Shown here: positions 18,515 to 27,800 of the stretch, one piece after another
How positions within the stretch are numbered: position 1 is the stretch's first letter
Layout of the letters: each line of letters begins with the position of its first letter
Assembly (NCBI GenBank): GCA_964371255.1
Contig: CAYJKV010000006.1
Span: forward strand, 9,806 to 73,805
Length of the DNA stretch: 64,000 nt
Origin: an uncultured Candidatus Saccharibacteria bacterium
GTDB lineage: Bacteria > Patescibacteriota > Andersenbacteria > UBA10190
Direction: 5' to 3'
The notes under the pieces: model-generated
The model's database searches: none
What the model saw: the letters and a program-made list of their open reading frames with translations, nothing else
What the model was told of the DNA's origin: nothing
Position numbers and translations under genes: made by a program

Positions 18515-19117
18515 TCATTCCGCAAAGCGAACCTGAATTTGACGAATAAGCTCGTTATAAAGTCTGACTAGAAAACTGTTCCACTCCATTAGATTTCTAT
18601 CTTTCTCTACGGCTTCAATAATATTAAAGCCAAAGTGAGTGTGTCGTTGGCGCGCCAAGTCTTTATCAATCATGAGCTCATAGAGGTTTGGTGATATCTT
18701 ATCAATTGAATGAGCAAATTTTGCTTCACGAGATTTGTTGCGTTCAAATTCTTCATATATCGCATGATAATCTGCGGCAAGCTGGGAAAGTGCGGCTTCT
18801 CTTTCCGTCACAACCTCATTCTCAGTTTTTTGACGCTTCACAGTTAGAATATCGCCAGTAACTGTTTCGCCAATGTCATGAATGGCAAGCATAAGCAAAA
18901 CCTTGCCAATATCGAGCTCTTTTTCGCCTAGGTATGAGTACAAAAATGTAGCAACAATCGGTAGCGCGCCGATGTGGTCAGCAAGCGACTCGCGCATTAG
19001 ATTGCTGCCAGGTTCTGCTACGCCTTGGCCAACACGTGAAGGGAGATACGGTCCTCGATATACACCAGAATATCGTGCTAGTAAATCAAGCAATTTTGCC
19101 AGGCATTCTTTTTCCAT
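18515..19117 (-). CDS. HD-domain phosphohydrolase (YfbR-like 5'-deoxynucleotidase family)
   Basis: HD motif LMLAIHDIGETVTGD; ~200 aa from the internal Met; the longer ORF (to 19183) would overlap the tRNA 3' exon. Confidence 0.7.
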   Translation of the reverse strand: MEKECLAKLLDLLARYSGVYRGPYLPSRVGQGVAEPGSNLMRESLADHIGALPIVATFLYSYLGEKELDIGKVLLMLAIHDIGETVTGDILTVKRQKTENEVVTEREAALSQLAADYHAIYEEFERNKSREAKFAHSIDKISPNLYELMIDKDLARQRHTHFGFNIIEAVEKDRNLMEWNSFLVRLYNELIRQIQVRFAE

Positions 19118-19156
19118 CTGAAACCAATGTAACGCGTACGCTAAAAAAATAAAGAG

Positions 19157-19535
19157 CTCGCGGGGTCGGACTCGAACCGACAACCTAGTGGTTACATGTA
19201 ACCCATTATTTTCATAATGGCATGGACTATCTCATCACCCTTCCTTAATCAAGAAGGGGCTGGGCGCTTATGTAGGATTATTGTTGGAACTCACCTACTA
19301 GTCTCTACACCGGCCTTCGCCAAAACTTCAAACATGAAGTTTCCCAGCAAAGGATTGGCTCGGGATTGCCCTTCGACTCGTCGTCTGACGACTCGCTCAG
19401 GGTTTCCCCGAATTCACCCAGTTATTCGATCCGCCTCTCGACGGAAAGCTGCTATTTAACCCCCTCAATCCCCCTTATCAGGGAGAAGAAAGACTAATGT
19501 CACAGCCACTTGCTCTGCCATTGAGCTACCCGCGA
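19157..19535 (-). tRNA. tRNA-Asn(GUU) interrupted by an intron in the anticodon loop (exon 1 19502-19535, exon 2 19157-19194)
   Basis: Exons join into a canonical 72-nt tRNA: 7-bp acceptor stem (U1-A72), D arm gctc-aatggca-gagc, anticodon stem agtgg/ccact with loop CU-GUU-AA, variable loop aggtt, T arm gtcgg-ttcgagt-ccgac, discriminator G. Confidence 0.75.
19195..19501 (-). ncRNA. Group I-like self-splicing intron (~307 nt), no ORF
   Basis: 5' exon ends in U, intron ends in G; R-like gtgtagagactagta and S-like gagatagtcc can form P7 (gacta/tagtc); Q-like aatcccgagc; internal hairpin gaaacttcatgtttgaagttt. Confidence 0.65.
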
Positions 19536-19756
19536 ATGTTTTCTCCGCTGATAGCCGCGTGAGCGCGAAGCGCTTTTACGCGGCTACCCGCGAATAAGGC
19601 CTGTTTCCAGGCCTGTCTCTGAATTATTGCTAACCCAGATATCTTTAATACTGTAAAGAACACACCTAAATAAACCCAAACACCCAAACTAGGTGTCAGG
19701 GTAAATAGGTGTGTCAATTGTGGCTAATAATTGCAAAAAATTCAAGCTCCAGGCCG

Positions 19757-21196
19757 TTAAAACTGGAAATAGATGAACTCTCGCCCCATCATCGGCGCAT
19801 TCTCCGACAAAAACACGTACAGTGTCACAAACAGGACCGCCGCCCCATATACCATTTGATTGATCCGCGGCAGCTTCAGCCAGAATAATAAGTCCCTCCG
19901 CCGCCACTGCATTATCTGCGTTAGCAGCAAAATCGCTATTACCAGCACAAAATATAAAATCGTATCGCCAAAACCAAATTTTATTTCCCAATTAGAGAAC
20001 ATGGCCTGCAGCATCTCACCCACTTGCCCAATCGATTTTGCCCGAAAAAACAGCCAGCCAATGGCAGCCAGGTGAAAAAATATAATTATCTTCCCGACCT
20101 GCCATACCCAATACCGTTCCAGTGTCTCCCCTAAGGCCCGTGGCCAAAACCGCTCCATCGCCCGGTGCCCAATCAAGAGCAATCCCTGGTAACCTCCCCA
20201 TATCACGAACGTCCAAGCCGCCCCGTGCCATAATCCCCCAAGCAGCATGGTTATAGCCAGATTCCTTTGTGTCTTCCGCCACCCCTGCCGATTGCCGCCG
20301 AGCGGTATATACAAATAGTCCTTCAGCCAAGTCGATAAACTGATGTGCCACCGCTGCCAAAACTCGCGCGCGTTGCGAGAGAAATATGGCAAATTAAAAT
20401 TCAACATCAGCTCAAACCCCATCAGCTTCGCCAGTCCCCGCGCAATATCCGTATACCCGGAAAAATCGCAGTAGATCTGCCAGGCAAATGCGTACAAGGC
20501 CAGCCACACCTGCGGCCCGTTATATGGCCCGCCCGCAAACACTGGCTCCACTAATGTCGCCAGACTATCCGCCACAATGACCTTCTTAAATAATCCCCAG
20601 CCAATCAAATAAAGCCCCTCAGAAACTTTCCGGTCGCTCAGCCGTCGCGGCTTCATCACTTGCGGCAATAATGATGTGGCCCGCTCGATCGGTCCCGCCA
20701 CCAGCTGCGGAAAGAAAGCGACGAACAAAGCAAAATCAGTCAATTTTCTGGCCGGCTTAAGCTGCCGGCGATAAACGTCAATCGTATAGCTCATCGTCTG
20801 GAAGGTATAAAAAGAAATACCCACGGGCAATATGACGTGCAACGTGAACCCATCCACCCGCCAGCCAAAGACGCTCATTAGCTCCGCCAAACTATCATTG
20901 AAAAAATTGAAATATTTAAAGAAGCCCAGGATCAGTAGACTGGAGCTCATGCTCACCCACAATAAAATCTTTCTTCGCCGCGGCGTTTTAGCTTGATCAA
21001 TTTTCCAGCCAATCACATAATCGATGCCCGTCGACAGCCATATCAGGGACAAGAATCGCCAGTCCCATGACCCGTAAAAAACATAACTGGCCCCCAGCAA
21101 TAAATAATTTTGCCAGCGGTGCGACAAACACAGGTACAGCAAATACACGACGCTAAAGAACAAGAAGAACTCGCTCGTGTTAAAAACTAGCGCCAT
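19757..21196 (-). CDS. MBOAT-family membrane O-acyltransferase (AlgI/DltB-like)
   Basis: Multi-TM protein with conserved region WQRWHISLSTWLKDYLYIPLGGNR...LWHGAAW (MBOAT His). Confidence 0.85.
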   Translation of the reverse strand: MALVFNTSEFFLFFSVVYLLYLCLSHRWQNYLLLGASYVFYGSWDWRFLSLIWLSTGIDYVIGWKIDQAKTPRRRKILLWVSMSSSLLILGFFKYFNFFNDSLAELMSVFGWRVDGFTLHVILPVGISFYTFQTMSYTIDVYRRQLKPARKLTDFALFVAFFPQLVAGPIERATSLLPQVMKPRRLSDRKVSEGLYLIGWGLFKKVIVADSLATLVEPVFAGGPYNGPQVWLALYAFAWQIYCDFSGYTDIARGLAKLMGFELMLNFNLPYFSRNAREFWQRWHISLSTWLKDYLYIPLGGNRQGWRKTQRNLAITMLLGGLWHGAAWTFVIWGGYQGLLLIGHRAMERFWPRALGETLERYWVWQVGKIIIFFHLAAIGWLFFRAKSIGQVGEMLQAMFSNWEIKFGFGDTILYFVLVIAILLLTQIMQWRRRDLLFWLKLPRINQMVYGAAVLFVTLYVFLSENAPMMGREFIYFQF

Positions 21197-21299
21197 TATC
21201 TTTTATTAATTTTTTTAGGCCGTAAACACATCTATGCACCCTAGCCGGTTTTTATCCATTTGATAAGTCACGCCAACACCTTTAGTTTTAAAAGACTCT

Positions 21300-22502
21300 A
21301 TGCTACGTATTCATCACTCATTCCATCTGCCGCCTGCCCGCTATTGGTGGTTGCCCGCCATAGTTATAATCACCCTCGGGTCTATCCTTGTACTGGCTCA
21401 AAGCCCCCTGCCCGCTGCTATAACTTTTCTTCTTATCTTGCTCGTTCTGGCGCTAATCTTCCGTTATACCCCTCATCAACCGCCTGCATCCGCCCGCTCG
21501 GGTATCTATATCCTGATCACACTATTTTTTTGCCTGGCTCTCCTTTATATAACTGAGATTTCTCTTCGCCTATCCGACACCAACCGCCACCAGCCGCCCG
21601 ATGGTTTAGTTAATGGCACTTTATATACCTGGGGTCATGTCATTACCAATAACTCTCATGGCTTTCGTGAACGTGAATTTACATCCCCTAAACCGCCCAA
21701 CACTTACCGCCTCATGGTGCTCGGCGATTCCATGTCCTGGGGAGTTGGCTTACCCGTCCATGAGCGATATTCCAACCTACTAGAAGTCCTGCTCAACGAT
21801 ACTACCTCACCCCAACATTTCGAAGTGCTTAATTTTGCCGCCCGAGCCGCCAACACGGCCGATGAACTCAAGACTCTGCAAAAATATATCGGCCTTGTGC
21901 AACCTGACCAAATTATCATCGGCTATAATTTCGATGACATGGATTCGCCTGATAATATCGTTGATCAGGAAAGTCGCCAACTGGCCGCCCAATATAATCG
22001 CCTGATTGATCCTTATTTCTCCAAACTGCGCCTGTACTATCTCAGCGGTCAGACCAACCAAGCCGTTAAGCAAGCCGCCACTCTAATCGGTTACGTTCCC
22101 GACCAGACTGTCGAGGTTCGGCGGCAACTATCAGCCCAACAGAAAAATTTGCCCTCCTTTAAAAACACCCTTTATCAAATCAAGCAACTTTCCGATTCTT
22201 ACCATCTTCCCCCACCCATTCTGGTAATTCTTGAACGCGGGTTATATGCCGACCGCCCCACCGATTACGCCCACCCTGAGCCGGCATTACAGGCTATAAT
22301 CGATCAGCAAATTTTAGCCGAAAAAACTGCCCAATCCGTCGGCTTTACTACCCAGCACCATCGCGAAGATATTGCCGAGGAGCTCAACGATCAAATTCTC
22401 TCTGTTAACGCCATTGATCACCACCCCTCTCTCGCCCTGCACCAGCTCTATGCCGCTAAGCTGCGCGATACTGTCTTGGCAAATATGTCCTATATCAGAT
22501 AA
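21300..22502 (+). CDS. Membrane-anchored SGNH/GDSL hydrolase (AlgJ/DltD-like partner of MBOAT)
   Basis: N-terminal TM helices; GDS motif in YRLMVLGDSMSWGVG; divergent from the MBOAT gene. Confidence 0.6.
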   Translation: MLRIHHSFHLPPARYWWLPAIVIITLGSILVLAQSPLPAAITFLLILLVLALIFRYTPHQPPASARSGIYILITLFFCLALLYITEISLRLSDTNRHQPPDGLVNGTLYTWGHVITNNSHGFREREFTSPKPPNTYRLMVLGDSMSWGVGLPVHERYSNLLEVLLNDTTSPQHFEVLNFAARAANTADELKTLQKYIGLVQPDQIIIGYNFDDMDSPDNIVDQESRQLAAQYNRLIDPYFSKLRLYYLSGQTNQAVKQAATLIGYVPDQTVEVRRQLSAQQKNLPSFKNTLYQIKQLSDSYHLPPPILVILERGLYADRPTDYAHPEPALQAIIDQQILAEKTAQSVGFTTQHHREDIAEELNDQILSVNAIDHHPSLALHQLYAAKLRDTVLANMSYIR

Positions 22503-22509
22503 TTACCCT

Positions 22510-24462
22510 ATGCTTAAGCCCCCTCTTTTCCCGCCCCCCGTCAATTTTTCCGCCACGGCGAATATCACGGATGAATACGTCTATCAGTCCGCGGCGGCTG
22601 ACCCCACCGCATACTGGGCCAAGTGGGCTAAGGAACTGCACTGGTTTAAACCTTGGCAGACCGTCCTGGACTGGCAGCCGCCTTACGCCCGCTGGTTCGA
22701 TGGCGGGACCCTTAATGCTTCGGCTAACTGTCTTGATCGGCACCTCGAAACAAACGCTGCACGTCCCAATCTCTCCAATCACCCCGCTATTCTGTGGGAA
22801 GGCGAGCCGGGCGACCAGCGTCGCCTGACATATCTGGAATTATTTGAACAAGTGAACCGCTTTGCCGCCGCCCTGCAGCAAATTAATATCCGGCGCGGCG
22901 ATCGTGTGATCATCTACCTGCCTATGGTACCGGAACTTGTTACCGCCTGCTTAGCCTGCGCGCGGATTGGCGCTATTCATAGTGTTGTTTTCGCCGGCCT
23001 GGGCATTGATTCATTAATTGACCGTATTAATGACTTAGAGGCAACGCTGGTAATCACCGCCGACTACAGTTGGCGCCGTGGTAAAAAAATATTTCTAAAA
23101 AATACCGTTGACCGCAGCCTAAACCATTGTCCCTCTGTTACTAAAACCATTACCGTCTGCCGCGATCCCCACAACCCGTCTCCCGCCTGTCATCTTTCCC
23201 CTAAACGAGACCTGCTTTGGCATAAAATAATGTCCAGTGCTACCGCCAACTGCCCGCCCGCCCATCAAGCCGCCGAGGATATTCTCTTTATCCTTTACAC
23301 TTCCGGCACTACCGGTAAACCCAAAGGCATTGTCCATACCACCGGGGGATATTTGACCCAAGTTTACGCTACCGCAAAATTAGTGCTTGATCTTAAACCC
23401 GATGATATTTACTGGTGCACGGCGGATATTGGCTGGATTACCGGCCATAGTTATGTTATCTATGGTCCACTCATGTCCGGGGCAACCGTTTTTATTTATG
23501 AAGGTGCTTTTGATTTTCCCGACCAGGCCCGCGTCTGGCAAATGATCGAGCGCTACCGCATTTCCATTTTCTACACCGCCCCGACCGCCATCCGTCAATT
23601 CATCCAGTGGGGCAAAAATATTCCCGCTCAATCCGACTTAGCTTCCCTGCGTCTCCTTGGTTCCGTCGGTGAACCTATCAATCCCTCCACCTGGCGTTGG
23701 TATCATCAACATATCGGCCATGCCCGTTGCCCAATCGTCGACACCTGGTGGCAAACTGAAACCGGGGCCTTTATGATCGCACCTCTTCCCGGCCTCACTT
23801 CCCTCCCTCCCGGCTCGGCCACCCGCCCTTTCCCCGGTATCTCCGCTGCAGTATTAAACTCTTCCGGCCAACCTCAACCGAACAACCAATCCGGTCTGCT
23901 GGCTATCACTCAACCTTGGCCGTCAATGTTGCGCGGTATTTGGCGAGACGATAAACGATACCGGGACAATTACTGGTCCAAGTGGCATAATCAGGCTTAC
24001 CTGACCGGCGATGGGGCTAAGTGTGACGACCAACAAAACTTTTGGCTACTGGGCCGCATCGATGACATGATCCAAGTCGCCGGCCATCGCATCAGTTCGA
24101 CTGAAATTGAAAACGCGCTGGTTAGTCACGCGGCCGTCACGGAAGCGGCCGTAGTCAGCAAACCAGACCGTCTCAAAGGCGAAGCGGTGATAGCCTTCGT
24201 CACCCTTCTGCCCAGCCGCCGCCCGTCACCTGCCTTAATTAAAAGTATTCTTAAACTCGTGGCGGATCGCGTTGGACCAATCAACAAACCGGCCCAAATT
24301 GTTTTTACGCCCCAGCTGCCTAAAACCCGTTCAGGCAAAATTATGCGTCGCCTGCTGCGTAACATCGCCGCCAGCCAGCCGCTGGGCGATACTGCCACTT
24401 TGGCAGATCCTGCTGTCATTCATGCCCTGACACAACTCCGTAAAACATCTCCTTCTAACTAA
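22510..24462 (+). CDS. acs: Acetyl-CoA synthetase (AMP-forming)
   Basis: AMP-binding motif YTSGTTGKPKG; ~650 aa from the ATG at 22510, which lies just after the upstream stop. Confidence 0.9.
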   Translation: MLKPPLFPPPVNFSATANITDEYVYQSAAADPTAYWAKWAKELHWFKPWQTVLDWQPPYARWFDGGTLNASANCLDRHLETNAARPNLSNHPAILWEGEPGDQRRLTYLELFEQVNRFAAALQQINIRRGDRVIIYLPMVPELVTACLACARIGAIHSVVFAGLGIDSLIDRINDLEATLVITADYSWRRGKKIFLKNTVDRSLNHCPSVTKTITVCRDPHNPSPACHLSPKRDLLWHKIMSSATANCPPAHQAAEDILFILYTSGTTGKPKGIVHTTGGYLTQVYATAKLVLDLKPDDIYWCTADIGWITGHSYVIYGPLMSGATVFIYEGAFDFPDQARVWQMIERYRISIFYTAPTAIRQFIQWGKNIPAQSDLASLRLLGSVGEPINPSTWRWYHQHIGHARCPIVDTWWQTETGAFMIAPLPGLTSLPPGSATRPFPGISAAVLNSSGQPQPNNQSGLLAITQPWPSMLRGIWRDDKRYRDNYWSKWHNQAYLTGDGAKCDDQQNFWLLGRIDDMIQVAGHRISSTEIENALVSHAAVTEAAVVSKPDRLKGEAVIAFVTLLPSRRPSPALIKSILKLVADRVGPINKPAQIVFTPQLPKTRSGKIMRRLLRNIAASQPLGDTATLADPAVIHALTQLRKTSPSN

Positions 24463-24468
24463 TTATTT

Positions 24469-25365
24469 CTAATTCACCGATAATCTGCTTTCTTTCTGAG
24501 TCATCGCCGCCACGCTCTCCAATACATCAAAATCAAAACTGCTTCGTGCCACCGAATTAGATGTAAAGACCATTACGCCATCCGCCGCCAAAGACTGCAA
24601 CACTTCCGGCTGTGCCACATTATGAGTAATCACCCCTGCCACTTGCGTCACTCCCTGCCGGCGTAGACAATCAACCGCCGCCATAAAAGTTCTACCGGTA
24701 CTAATAATGTCGTCCACAATCACATGAACCTTATTAGCATCGCTAATAATATTAACCATCTCTACGGATACTTCAGTCGCAGACCGCCGCTGCTTCTTCA
24801 TCACCAGATATGACCAGCCTCCTAACTCCGCTAAGTGCCGCACTCTGTTTTCCGCCCCTTCATCTGGTGCTACCAACACCGCCTCAGTAAATTTATCCTG
24901 CAGATATTTAGCGATCGTCGGTCGTAAAGAAATTTCCAAAATATGCACCTGACCGACATAAGGTTGTAACACACTCTCATCGCAATGCAGATCCACCGTC
25001 CACAGTTCTTTCACTTTCTCTTTTATAATGGACAATAATGGGGCTGCACTCGCCACCACGCCCTCTCCCCGCCACGGCAGCGAACGCGCGTAAGGGAAAT
25101 ACGGCATCACTAGCCGTATGTTAGCTCCTTCTAAATACTGTAGTAAGGCCGTTAATTGTAGAATTTGCGCGTCTAAAGATCCTGGCCAAACGAACTGAAA
25201 ATAAACCAGAACCTGCTCCTCTATCTCGTCTCCGCTTAAACGCATAGACACTTCCCCATCAGGAAAGACCTCTGTCTTCAATACTGCCATCCGACACCCT
25301 AACCTGACACCCAACCTAGTCGCTTCTGCCGTGTTGCCAATCACTAGCATATAAACTTCCGCCAT
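24469..25365 (-). CDS. prs: Ribose-phosphate pyrophosphokinase
   Basis: PRPP-binding loop VDDIISTGRT, divalent-cation region; length and order typical. Confidence 0.85.
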   Translation of the reverse strand: MAEVYMLVIGNTAEATRLGVRLGCRMAVLKTEVFPDGEVSMRLSGDEIEEQVLVYFQFVWPGSLDAQILQLTALLQYLEGANIRLVMPYFPYARSLPWRGEGVVASAAPLLSIIKEKVKELWTVDLHCDESVLQPYVGQVHILEISLRPTIAKYLQDKFTEAVLVAPDEGAENRVRHLAELGGWSYLVMKKQRRSATEVSVEMVNIISDANKVHVIVDDIISTGRTFMAAVDCLRRQGVTQVAGVITHNVAQPEVLQSLAADGVMVFTSNSVARSSFDFDVLESVAAMTQKESRLSVN

Positions 25366-25430
25366 TAATTTTAAAAAACGCTTGCCTCTCTTATCCAGTC
25401 AGGCAATTAATATAAATTCTATAACCTCAT

Positions 25431-26282
25431 TTACTGCTTAGGTAGCATTTGTAGAGCTCCAGCCGCTCCTCGATCCACCAATATATCTTCGATTACCACC
25501 GGCTCTATGGGATTGTCTTTTTCATCCCTTTCCACTAGAGATATTTTATCTACCACGTCCATACCTTCTTCCACCACCCCAAATGGCGTGTGTTTCCCTT
25601 CCAATTGAGGTACCGTTGGCGCGGTAATTATGAAAAACTGACTGCCATTCGTATCGGGCCCGGCATTCGCCATTGCTATCACCCCTCTTTGCATGGGCAA
25701 CGATTGCAATTTTGTTGAGTAGTGGTAGCCTTGTGCCTCATAAAACTGCTGGATAGTCATCTTTTTAGCCTCCTCCGGCAGTTGGGTTGCTTGCGCCGGA
25801 TCAAGTGCGTCCACCAATAGTCTTTTATCCAAACCATAACTCTGTGCGTTTATTTCATCCTCAAATTGATACCCCGGGCCTCCCGTACCGTGCTGGGCTC
25901 TCTTAGCTTGATCTTTCGATAATGGATCCCCGCCCTGAATCATAAATTCCGGTATCACTCGATGCCAGGTTGTCCCATCATAAAAATTGCCCTCTGCCAA
26001 TTCTACAAAGTTTCCGACTGTTTTTGGTGCCCGACTGCCGTCCAAGGCAACCTTAATATCACCCAATGATGTTTTAAAAGTAATGCGCACTACTTGCGCC
26101 AGTGGCTTAATTTCCTTTATTCCCGATGGCTTTGGTGGCCATGCGATCGTATTATCCACCGGACTGCTCTCCGGCACAACATTTTGATCTATCGGCCGAT
26201 AACCATCCGGCCGCAGCAAATACACGCCACCCCCGGCCACCACCAACGCAAATATTATTATTAAAATTTGTGTGAGTTTCAT
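25431..26282 (-). CDS. Cyclophilin-type peptidyl-prolyl cis-trans isomerase with N-terminal membrane anchor
   Basis: FHRVIPEFMIQGGDP and GxxxxxNFVxLAEGxFYDG cyclophilin motifs. Confidence 0.85.
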   Translation of the reverse strand: MKLTQILIIIFALVVAGGGVYLLRPDGYRPIDQNVVPESSPVDNTIAWPPKPSGIKEIKPLAQVVRITFKTSLGDIKVALDGSRAPKTVGNFVELAEGNFYDGTTWHRVIPEFMIQGGDPLSKDQAKRAQHGTGGPGYQFEDEINAQSYGLDKRLLVDALDPAQATQLPEEAKKMTIQQFYEAQGYHYSTKLQSLPMQRGVIAMANAGPDTNGSQFFIITAPTVPQLEGKHTPFGVVEEGMDVVDKISLVERDEKDNPIEPVVIEDILVDRGAAGALQMLPKQ

Positions 26283-26384
26283 CTAAATAGATAAACATAA
26301 ATCGTGCTTACTGTGCAAACATTTATTTTCTGCCAATTACTTCGCCACAAAATAACCGTCTCACCCCTAGTTACTGCCTATCAA

Positions 26385-27761
26385 TCAATAATCTCGTAAT
26401 TTTTTAACCTTGTGGTGATCCCGAATCTTTTCTAAAGCCTTGGCTTCAATTTGCCGTATTCTCTCCCGTGTCACATCAAACTCTCGCCCCACCTCCTCCA
26501 ATGTATGACTCATCCCGTCCTTCAAACCAAACCGCATCTCTAATATTTTCTGCTCGCGCGGGGTCAGGTCGGACAATATCTCCATTACGTGCTCCTGCAA
26601 AATTTCCCGCCCGGCTGCCTGTTGCGGTGTGACCGCTTCTTCATCTTCAATAAAATTCTTAAGCGCCGAGTCTTCTTCGTCATCGCCAACCGAAGCGTCA
26701 ATCGACACCGTTTCCTGCGAAATCCTCATAATATGACGCACCTTTTCAACCGGCAGTTCCATTTCGGCGGCTATCTCCTCTGGCAAAGGATCCCGCCCCA
26801 GATCTTGCAGCAGACGTCGTTGCACCTGGGAAAACTTATTAATTGTTTCTACCATGTGCACAGGAATACGAATGGTCCGAGATTGGTCTGCCAGTGCCCG
26901 TGTGATCGCTTGCCGGATCCACCACGTCCCATAAGTGGAGAATTTATACCCGCGCCGGTAATCAAATTTCTCTACCGCCCGGAACAGCCCCATATTTCCT
27001 TCTTGTATTAAGTCCAACAGGGATAAGTTCTTCCGTCCTGTATATTTTTTTGCGATCGAGACGACCAGACGCAAGTTAGCTTCAGCCAAACGCTTACGTG
27101 CTTCCGCGTCTCCTTGCTCTATCCGCTTAGCCAACTCCACTTCCTCATCCGCCGTCAGCAGCGGCACCTTACCGATTTCCCGCAAATACATCTGCACCGA
27201 GTCGCTAGAAATATTACTTACGTCAATCAGGTTATCCAGCTGTTTACTCTCGTACTCTCGCTTCTTCGGCTTATTGGGCAAAGCGTCCGGCATACTGTAA
27301 TCAATCAGGCTGTCCCGCGGCTCTTCCACTCTGATGCCGCGATCCTCCAGCTCGGTGTAGATTACCTCCAAACCTTCTATATTTTCTTCAATATTTGGCA
27401 ACGCATGTAAGATTTCTTCTTCCGTCACGAAACTAGTTTGTCCGCCTTTTCGCAGCAGCGCCACCACTGCGTCAAGCTTAACTACCTCTTCCGGCGGTAT
27501 ATGTATTGCTCCTTTTTCTCTCGTCCCACGATTTTTCTTGTGCTGAACTTTTTTACCGCGCATTGATTTTTTGTTGCCCGCGGAGCCCCCCCTACCCTTC
27601 TGACTAATCAATCTTCTCGCCTTAGCTTTATTGGAAATGCGCGCGCGGTTATGACTCTTTTTCCTAATCTGCGGCTTGGACACTGCCTGACGCCCACGCT
27701 TGTTCGCAGCCGCTTTTTGATGCCCACTCCTTTTCTTATTATTTCTTTTTTTACCTGACAT
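26385..27761 (-). CDS. rpoD: RNA polymerase primary sigma factor sigma-70 with a Lys/Arg-rich N-terminal extension
   Basis: Regions 1.2-4 present (RpoD box [37 protein letters not shown]; region 4 HTH); first ~90 aa extremely basic. Confidence 0.9.
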   Translation of the reverse strand: MSGKKRNNKKRSGHQKAAANKRGRQAVSKPQIRKKSHNRARISNKAKARRLISQKGRGGSAGNKKSMRGKKVQHKKNRGTREKGAIHIPPEEVVKLDAVVALLRKGGQTSFVTEEEILHALPNIEENIEGLEVIYTELEDRGIRVEEPRDSLIDYSMPDALPNKPKKREYESKQLDNLIDVSNISSDSVQMYLREIGKVPLLTADEEVELAKRIEQGDAEARKRLAEANLRLVVSIAKKYTGRKNLSLLDLIQEGNMGLFRAVEKFDYRRGYKFSTYGTWWIRQAITRALADQSRTIRIPVHMVETINKFSQVQRRLLQDLGRDPLPEEIAAEMELPVEKVRHIMRISQETVSIDASVGDDEEDSALKNFIEDEEAVTPQQAAGREILQEHVMEILSDLTPREQKILEMRFGLKDGMSHTLEEVGREFDVTRERIRQIEAKALEKIRDHHKVKKLRDY

Positions 27762-27800
27762 TATGTCTAATACTGCATTGTACCCTAAATAATAAATCCT

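Noticed and set aside
18515-19183. Longer 222-aa version of the HD-hydrolase ORF
   Set aside because: The extra 22 codons overlap the tRNA-Asn 3' exon. The internal Met gives the family-typical ~200-aa length.
19157-19535. tmRNA (ssrA) hypothesis for the long structured RNA locus with a tRNA-like 3' end
   Set aside because: The 5' and 3' ends assemble into a complete canonical tRNA (D arm, anticodon stem, variable loop, T arm), not just a tRNA-like domain. There is no tag-peptide ORF, and the middle carries group I R/S/Q-like elements. An intron-containing tRNA-Asn fits better.
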